Source of the DNA: the human T2T-CHM13v2.0 reference genome, Homo sapiens
DNA: 64,000 nucleotides
Assembly (NCBI RefSeq): GCF_009914755.1
Contig: NC_060926.1
Reading direction: 5' to 3' (one strand)
Shown: in pieces, positions 55,753 to 64,000 of the stretch
Layout: every line of letters starts with the position of its first letter
Numbering within the stretch: the first letter of the stretch is position 1
Notes under the pieces: generated by a model
Database searches by the model: none
Told to the model about the DNA's origin: nothing
Seen by the model: only the letters and a program-made list of their open reading frames with translations
Translations under genes and position numbers: made by a program

Positions 55753-56712
55753 CCATATATGTGTGATTGTCATTGGTCTGCCAGCCCATTTTTCAGAATG
55801 GCAAGAGCCTGTTGGGAAAAAAGCAATGGTCCGTGTGCAGGTTTGGCTGGGGGCCCAGCACAGTTGACTCCTCAGAGGTGGTAGAAGCCCCCTGCCCACT
55901 GTCAAACGCTGCAGCTGGGGTCTGTGTCCGTCTGCCTGCCTGCCCCCCTGCACTGGGCCCTTCTGACTTTAATTACGTCCTCCTTGGCTAAATTCACAGG
56001 TGGCTTTCCTTGGAGGAGGCGTTTACCTCTCCCCAAGCCCCCGGCTGCTCATTTCCTCAGTGGATTAGCAGGGCCACGATGAAACAGAAGCTTGTGCCTT
56101 CTCCATTCTTTACACAACCTGGTGTTAGAGGTTGACCTTTCACCCCTGGAGATTCGGAGGATTAAGGCTGCTTTTAAGTCTCGCTCTGGTTACTAATCCA
56201 CCACTTTCACTTCATGTTATGTAAGCACTTCCTGACTTACCCTTTAAATCCTGTAAACATAATAAAACAGAGTTTAACCTTTACCTTTGGATTTCCCCAC
56301 TATCTTTTGCTCCATTGAATCAACTGTGGAAGGATCCAGGAACAGAAAGCTAATAAGTGATAGCCTGGATTTTTTTTTTGCCCTGGGACATGTAACAAAA
56401 CATTACAATATTTAATATATTCAGGTCAAATAGTTGTGGGAGAGCACCAAAAGCTTCAGACTGGGCAAATACTGTTTTCCCCTTTTAACTGCATATATTC
56501 CCACAAAACAATGAAGCAGATGGTATTGGGTGTTTCCTCCCAAAGGGAAGCCCTTTTAAGCAAATTAGAACCAATAAGGTCCAAAAGATAGCTGGAAAAA
56601 AAAATAGGCTTTTGAGGCAGTTTGCAATAATACAGACTTTCAGTCTGGCTGTCTCAACCCTGCATCCTCCCGATAGTAACCTGAGAGTCCCTCTCTTGAA
56701 GGCTTTGCTCTT

Positions 56713-56993
56713 TAATTTTTTGTTTTTTTTTTTTTAGACGGAGTTTCACTCCTGTTGCCCAGGCTGGAGTGCAATGGCGGATCTTGGCTCACCACAACCT
56801 CTGCCTCCCTGGTTCAAGCGATTCTCCTGCCTCAGCCTCCTGAGTAGCTAGGATTACAGGCATGCGCCACCATCCCCAGCTGATGTTGTATTTTTAGTAG
56901 AGACAGGGTTTCTCCATGTTGGTCAGGCTGGTCTTGAACTCCTGACCTCGTGATCTGCACGCTTCGACTTCCCAAAGTGTTGGGATTACAGGC
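56713..56993 (-). mobile_element. AluS (mostly Sp-like), missing about 20 bp at the 5' end
   Basis: gagtttcactcctgttgccc, gtgcaatggc, ctcaccacaacc, catgcgcc, ttggtcaggctgg. Confidence 0.92.
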
Positions 56994-57120
56994 AATTTAT
57001 CTTATCTTTAATCCATATGATCTGTGGATGAAACCAAAGTTCTGAGATCTGTACATCTCCAACTTCAGCTTCCATTTCTGGAGCACTTACTATATGCTGG
57101 AACCCATGCTGGGGAATATA

Positions 57121-57456
57121 CTTGTCCTTTGATATCTGTTGGGGGTTGATTGGTTCCAGGACCCCTGTAAGTGCCAAAATCTGTAGATACTCAAGTCCCT
57201 GATATAAAATAGAGTAGTGTGTGCATATAACCTACACATACCCTCCTGCGTACTTTATTTCTAAGTTACTTAGAATAACCAATACAATGTAAATGTTGTA
57301 TAAATAGATGTTATACTATATTGTTTAGGGAACAATTACAAGAAAAATTATCTATGTGTTTAGTACAGATGCAACTATCCATTTTTTTTCAAGTATTTTT
57401 GATTTTCAGTTGGATGAATCCATGAATGCAGAAGCCATGGACATGAAGGGCCACTG
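57121..57456 (+). mobile_element. MER2 with TA TSDs, nested in a reverse MIR (~57075-57600)
   Basis: ta|cttgtcctttgatatctg...gattggttccaggacccc...ctcaagtccctgatataaaat...gaagggccactg|ta. Confidence 0.9.
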
Positions 57457-58789
57457 TACATGCATGGTATTAATTTAATCCTTACTATCGCCCTGTGTTG
57501 TAGGTGTTAGTAGGTGTCCTCATCCGTTTTTGAAGAGACTTAAATTCAGAGCTGCTAATACAGAACTGGGGTGCCAGCCCAGCTCTGCCTGGCCCTGCCC
57601 AGGCATGGAGCCTGCCTGAGTGCTGAGCCACTCTCAGGTAGACACGAGCACACCATGCCCTTTGTCGCTCCTTCTCACAGCAACTTTTTCAATCCTCACA
57701 GCTTCCGGGGCAGGTAGCAGAGTTGCTCCCATTCGAGAGTTGAGAACATGAGGAGCCATAAAAATAAAATATTAATTTTCATGTATGAATATTTCAAAAT
57801 GTTCACAGGAGAAAATGTGACGTGCCCTAGGAGGGGTGGGAATCAGGGATGTGGGGGCTGCTGGCCCATGCAGGTGGTGAATCTCAGTTTCTATGGGGGT
57901 TCCCTGGGATTCCTTTAGATTCTCTATTCATCTCTATCCCCAGAGGCTTTCTGCAGGAAGGGACCCCTGCCCTGTCTGCCTACTAGAGAGACGCCTTGCC
58001 TTGCCAGTGTCCTCAAAGGGGGAAGGTGATACAGAAGCTGAATGCCAGGTGGGTGGCCAGGGCAGCCTGCTGCTCCGCCATGCTTCTCACAACCTGCCCT
58101 GCCACTGTGGGGGAGCTAATGGGCATCGGAACACTTAAGAAATGCCTCCTGACAAGAGACACTTGTGATTCGTGTCCTGCGGTCAATGCCTTCTCAGTGA
58201 GTCTCTGCAGAGGTTTACTGTGCTGTTAGTGACGAGCATGTCCTTTCTTGTAAATGGCTGTGTCACTGCTTTGCTCCTGCACAATGCCCACACACGTGGG
58301 GATACCTGTTCCCACTTGAGGTGCTGGCCCCCCAACCTGCTAAGCATAATAGCTGGGGAGGAAGGGCACACCCACGCCCAGCAGATCTTTCCTCTGCGTT
58401 CCACACAACTTCCTGCAGAGGTGGAAAGACAGAGAAAAGAGGACATCTGAGAGGGAAAGGAGATGCTCCAAAGCAGGTTGAACCCACATCCATCTCGGTT
58501 TGGGGTCCTCAGGCTTCACAGTGCAGAGACCCAGGTATGCACACACTGTGCATACTCACTCACACACTCAGCCCTTTTGTCTCTCCTGATAAAGTTCACT
58601 CAGTTCAGTCCTTCCTGGGTTCTACCAGATGGGAAGAGGAAAATCCAAGTAAGTCTCTTCATCTGTGAAATGCACAATTAGTACCCACCCTGCCTACTTC
58701 TCAAAGTTTTTTGAAGGTCACATGAGGGTGAGTGGGATTAAATTTTGCAGGCATTTTAAAATTGTAATCCAAATTAAAAAACCCTAATA

Positions 58790-58895
58790 GCATATAAGAT
58801 CCATGAAGACAAGGACTTTGTTTTGTCCACTGCAATATTTCCAGACCCTAGAACAGTACCTGGCACTGAGTTGGTGTTCAATTAATATTTGATAA
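58790..58895 (+). mobile_element. L2 3' terminus
   Basis: ccatgaagacaaggactttgttttgtccactgc...cctagaacagtacctggcac. Confidence 0.75.
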
Positions 58896-61211
58896 ATCAG
58901 TGAATCGATAATTGCATAATACCAATAATAAGTTAATATAATTTATCACAAAACCATGGAGGCACATGACCATTTTAGATATACTTGCAATGGAATATGC
59001 TATAAATGAGCTTACCAGGTAACAGAGCCTTTTTGGTTTTTGCAAACCAATATTCCTGTAAAGGATACTAGGCAGCATCTGAATATTTGACAAGATATAA
59101 CAGGAGTTCTTGCAGTTGAAATGGCAGACAGTCATAGTAATTACAGTAAAATATCCTTAGCCCAAAGTTGCTTGACCTGCAAGCAGTGATCTGAAATGCA
59201 GCTGAGGACCCAAGAGGAAACAAAAAGCTTGAGTGGTTGACATGGCTGTCCTAGAGCTCAATATGTTGGAGCTCAATTGTCCCACTTGGAATCCATTAGC
59301 TCTTACTTTGCACCTAATCATAACATACACAGCGATTTATTTTCCCAAACTAGAAGTGAAAAGAAAAGGTGAGAGAAAAGGCAGAAAACCTAATAAAAAT
59401 AAAAATTTTAAAAATGCATTCTAAAAATATCTGAGTTGGGATCAATTGAGTTAGAGATCAATTTACTTACAAAATCTCACAGTTCTTTAGTATTCATTCA
59501 CTTTTTAATTTTTAAGCAACTTGAAATTCTTAATGATAGCTCAGCATTTCCATGAAAAACTTAAATGATTTTCTGAATATGCTTTTAAAAGAAACAGATG
59601 TGATTTCTAGCCAAAAGGCACTCTAAAGGCATATAAAGGGATAGCTGCTCCAATAAGATGACAAAGAACATGTATCCCGGAGTTATGTTGGGTGTCTCAA
59701 TCTCAACATCACCATAATAGTATGCAATACTATTATATAAAATACTAATATATAGAATTATAGCAATATATTGTTCTATATAATTCTATATATTAGTGTA
59801 TAATAATACTAATATAATAATACTAATATATAGAATTATAGCAATAATTAATAATACTTTCAGTTATCATCCTGGGGATGACCTAATAAAAGATTCTTAA
59901 CAAAAATTCAGCTCTCAGTATTAACAGGATTTTTTTTTCTGGAAATTTTATGTCAAATATTTCTGGCAGCAAATGCATTTGCTAAATTTCATGCCATAAA
60001 TAACCATAACCACTTAGAATTGTTGTTACATGGCTTCCTTGTAGTTCACACTTATCAATCAGTACGGGTTGCTAAGGCCAAACAGTTCCCAGATCAAATG
60101 GCAATGAAGAAAAGAATCAGGGTAGATGTATTTTATGGCATAAGATTCTTTTCAAATTGGAAGTGTGAAAAGAATCAATTTAACCAGGTGTCTAAGTGTC
60201 CCAAGAGTCCAGAGAGAGCAATTACTGAAATAACAAAAATGGATGCAAAAGAGAAAAAACAAAAAAGGCCCTTCCTATCGGTAATTCTGGGAAGGCAGTT
60301 TATACCTTGTAAACTTTCTGTTTCCATAGCTCCTCCACAAACAATGGATTTGAGCTATAAAAAACTGCATGATCTACAGTCCAAACACTCAGTGCAAAGA
60401 TGACTTTTCTGAAAGAAAATGTGACAGAGCTGGGGTTTTGAGTTTCTGGATAATTCTCTTTGGGTAAAAGCCATTTAATATTATTGTGGGTAAGAAGTGG
60501 CCCTCTTCTGGCATCCATCTTGCCTTCTACAAACCAACGAGTTGGGTTAGTGTTTGTTAAATTTCTTTTAATTAGGACCCCTTGATTCAGTATGTGCCTG
60601 ATAAACAGATAAACATAAGTTGCTCTAGTGAGATCTGGGATGGGCGGTTCTGGAGTCTGTTCACTAACTGCCCTCTCCTCCACCCGAAAGGCCCTAAGGA
60701 CACCTAGAAGAACCCCTGGCACTTGATGGAGACCATCAGAAAATACTTCCTCTCCTTGCCCAGGTCTAAGAGTCTATGGTTATTTTATTACATTCAGATG
60801 CAATCCTCTCAGTCAGAAATTTCCCATGTTTGAGGACATGGTTAGGGAATCAGGACTGCTCCAGAATATTTTTAAATTTATAATAAGAAAAAGTCAGCTT
60901 CAAAAAAATGCTGAAGGTAGCAGCACAATCACAGTTCTAATGATGGAGGGCACATAATAACTAAGCTCTTAAGAAATCCAGAGCAGTGAGGGCTGGCCTT
61001 CAGTCTGGAGCACCGTTAGCGACCATCTCTAAGGCTTGCCCTTCAAGCACATTTAACACCCAGGGTGAAGAAACCCTGAAACTCTACGCTCTTTAGGGAC
61101 AGAACCTCAACTTATTAGTCCTGGAATACTCAGTCAATAACAGAAGAGTCAAGTTGAAGGGAACCTTGAGTAGTCAGCAGGCACATCCTCTGTGTCCAAG
61201 TGGTTTGTGCC

Positions 61212-61518
61212 TTTGTTTGTTTGTTTGTTTGTTTGTTTGTTTGAGACGAGGTCTTGCTCTATTGCCGAGGCTGGAGTGCAGTAGTGTGATCACAGCTCAC
61301 TGCAGCCTCTGTCTCTTGGAATCAAGCAATCCTCCTGCCTCAGCCTCCTGAGTAGCTGGGACTATAGGCACATGCCACCAAGCCTGGCTAATTTTTTTTA
61401 ATTTTTAGTGAAGATGAGGTCTTGCTATGTTTCCCAGGTTCTCGAACTCCTGAGCTCAAGGGATCCTCCCATCTCAGCCCCTCAAAGTGCTGAGATTGCA
61501 GGGATTATGTGCCTGGCC
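61212..61518 (-). mobile_element. AluJ with (TTTG)n tail
   Basis: gatcacagctcactgcagcctc...caagcaatcctcctgcctcagcc. Confidence 0.92.
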
Positions 61519-62384
61519 ATTCTTGTCTTAAGATTTCCAGGGAAGAGCTTCTGTGACATGCCCTAGTCACTATTATGGGGACTTGTAACCTCCAGGACTG
61601 AGAAACCCTTTTTTGATAACAAGCATAAACCTTTCATACAGGGATCAGTACCCATTTTTTGTCTCTACAGAGGCAATGAAGAACTGCTGATGAGTCTTCT
61701 CAACACCTTGGAGCTTTCTCAAGTCCCGTATCTTTATTTTTTCCTTGGTGTGGAAATTGCAAGTGACTTCAGCTACAGACGTTGTGAATTAATTTCCTAT
61801 GCCTGCCCCTGGGGTTCTGGAAGGAAATGGGTGCACCTGCCCCAAATCAAATGAATAATTCATATCGCATCTGGGTCTAAAAGGTGATAGGCAGCATAGA
61901 AATACAGAAACAGCTGGAAACAAGGTTAAGGATGTCCTCTCCAAAACAGAGAGGCTGGAAGGCAAACTTGTTTTGCTGTTTACCCTGGTGCTAGTCTTCT
62001 GAGCTTGATCAGCTTGAGGTTTTGTCACATGCATTTCTCTGAAAGCTCTGGTTGGGGCTCAGAGGACAAAAAAGTCAAAAGAAGACAAGGCTCAGGGAAT
62101 GGCCAACTTCTCCAAAGCAACAGAAGGTCACCCAGCATGGAAGCCCAGCGAGCATACCTCTGGGTACTCAGACATCTGTGGACAAGTGTGTCTCCCTCCC
62201 AGCAGCAGAGCTGGTATTGCGAGAAGGCAGGTGTTTGGGTATAGCCATAGCAAAGATAGGACTCCAGTTCACATCACTGTGGAAGATTGTTTTGGCAAAG
62301 ATTTCCAATATATACTCCATCTCACATGCTCTTTTTAATGAAACATTGACATTGATCTTGGAAAAGTGAGAGGTCTTTTTTTTT

Positions 62385-62847
62385 TTTTTTCCTTCTTGGA
62401 TCTGGATGGATGTCTGTAATTGTTTCAATGAAAAGAATATGGTGGATGTGGCATGCTGTGACCGCTGAGGTAAGCTCATGAAAGGCAATATATTTTGCCT
62501 AGCTCTTTTTCTTTCTGGATGCTTGTTCTTGGTATATTACCACCATGTCGTGAGGAAGCCTAGATCACACGGAGAGACCACTCAACAGCCACAGCAAAGG
62601 GCTTTGCAGGCAGCTAGCATCAACCTCCAGGCATGTAAGCGAGTAAGCCTGCAGATGATTCCAGTCCCCTGTCATTGCATGTTCCAGCAGAGGCACTAGG
62701 CATTGTGGGAACAGAGACTAGACATTTCTGCAGTGTCCAGGCTGAATTCCTGGCTCACAGAAATTGTGAGAGATAATAAGTCATAATTGTGGCTCCTAGG
62801 CACTACGTTTTGGGGTAATCTGTGAACAGCAACAGATAACTAATTCA
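62385..62847 (+). mobile_element. MLT1F/G-like solo LTR
   Basis: ccaccatgtcgtgaggaagcc...cagatgattccag...gaattcctggctcacagaaattgtgagagataata...gcaacagataactaattca. Confidence 0.8.
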
Positions 62848-63803
62848 GCCACCTTTGGCAAATCAGTCACCCTTTTCTGCCTCAGTTTTCTAATTCTCTA
62901 CAAAATCTGCTCTTGAAGGTCCACAGGTGAAATTAAAAAGGTAACCGATGTAAATGGTCTTCTGCATAGTGTGTGGTGTGTGAAAGGGAGCTGATGTTAT
63001 GTTATGGGTGACCAAGACAAGTCAGAGACACACCCAGCAGGCTGATTCCCTTTGGGCATCTGTTTATGTCACCTGGGGCCAGTTCCACTTCCAGGCCACA
63101 CTGTGCATACAGTACCTGCCCTCGTCCTGCTGCCTTTGTTTTCTCATCATTTGCCCTGCTCAGTTCTCAATCCCTGAGTTAGATGCTGATCGCCTGTGGA
63201 CTGAACCTCAACACTCTGAGCACCTATGAGGCATGCAGCAATATTGGGAGTTCTGCTTTGCTTTGTTTTTTAACTCAAGAGTTTTGCCAATCCCAGGGAG
63301 GACCTGCACTGGGGCATGGGTGGGGTTAGAGAAGGAAGAGGTGGCCTTCCCTTCCTGCTTTTTGTGCTTGATGATTTGTTTTTCTCTTTCCAGACTTACC
63401 TCTGGGTTCCTTCTCCTTGGAACCTCTGCTCACCTGCCTCCCGGCTCCTCTATGTCTTCTGGGGCAACCGGTATTCTCTCCTAGTCGTACCACCACACTG
63501 TCTACATTATCTCCAGCACCCCATTAGCCCATGAGCCCTGGAGAAATGGGATTGAGTGTCTTATACCCATATCATCAGTAATTTACACAATGCTTGACAC
63601 AGAGCAGGTGGTCAAAAAAATGTGGGAAGATGAGTAACAACACATGAATGAATGAAAAAATGAATTGATAAAGCCAGATCTGGTTTATTTGCCATTTGTT
63701 GCCATGGTAATTTAGGAAAAGTCTATTTATTACTCTTCTGGCTATTTTAATCATCTTCAATTGTGGAAAGTGTTAACACTCTGTTAAAAAGGTAAACTGA
63801 GGT

Positions 63804-64000
63804 GGCTGGGCACGGTGGCTCACACCTGTAATTCCAGCACTTTGGGAGGCTGAGGCGGGTGGATCATAAGGTCAAGAGATCAAGACCATCCTGGCCAACA
63901 TGGTGAAACCCCGTCTCTACTAAACATACAAAAATTATCTGGGCGTGGTGGTGTGAGCCTGTGGTCCTACTCAGGAGGCTGAGGCAGGAGAATCACTGGA
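63804..64000 (+). mobile_element. AluSc-like, runs off the window end
   Basis: ggtcaagagatcaagaccatcctggccaacatggtg (Sc diagnostic). Confidence 0.9.

Noticed and set aside
57893-58681. Dense overlapping ORFs on both strands
   Set aside because: Explained by locally higher GC lowering stop frequency; no recognisable protein.

Overview
This is primate (human-like) nuclear DNA: AT-rich, CpG-depleted, and intronic or intergenic. I recognise no host protein-coding exon, tRNA, rRNA, CRISPR array or prokaryotic gene. The only ORFs I can assign to real proteins are broken ORF1/ORF2 pieces of a full-length (~6.4 kb) minus-strand L1PA7-like LINE-1 at 30.1-36.6 kb; the rest look like repeat-derived or chance ORFs. 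Much of the window is interspersed repeat: old L1M/L1ME, L1PA15/16, L2, many MIRs, 11 Alu-family copies (FAM, FLAM, AluJ, AluS, AluY), MLT1 LTRs and DNA transposons (MER20, Tigger3a, two MER2, MER53, Charlie-type). Subfamily names come from recalled consensus sequences, and boundaries of old repeats are approximate. The sequence does not support a new multi-gene system. The best directly visible oddities are an Alu with a 5' inversion inside target-site duplications (TSDs), an ancient 5'-inverted L1 nested in another L1, a 51-bp locally templated copy, an AluY with an internal micro-expansion, and fold-back hairpins. The best hypothesis-level signals are a possible plus-strand spliced transcript from the L1 antisense promoter (well-formed 133-nt exon at 42970-43102 with a 28-codon ORF) and an AT-rich, CpG-retaining element near 54.8-55.1 kb.
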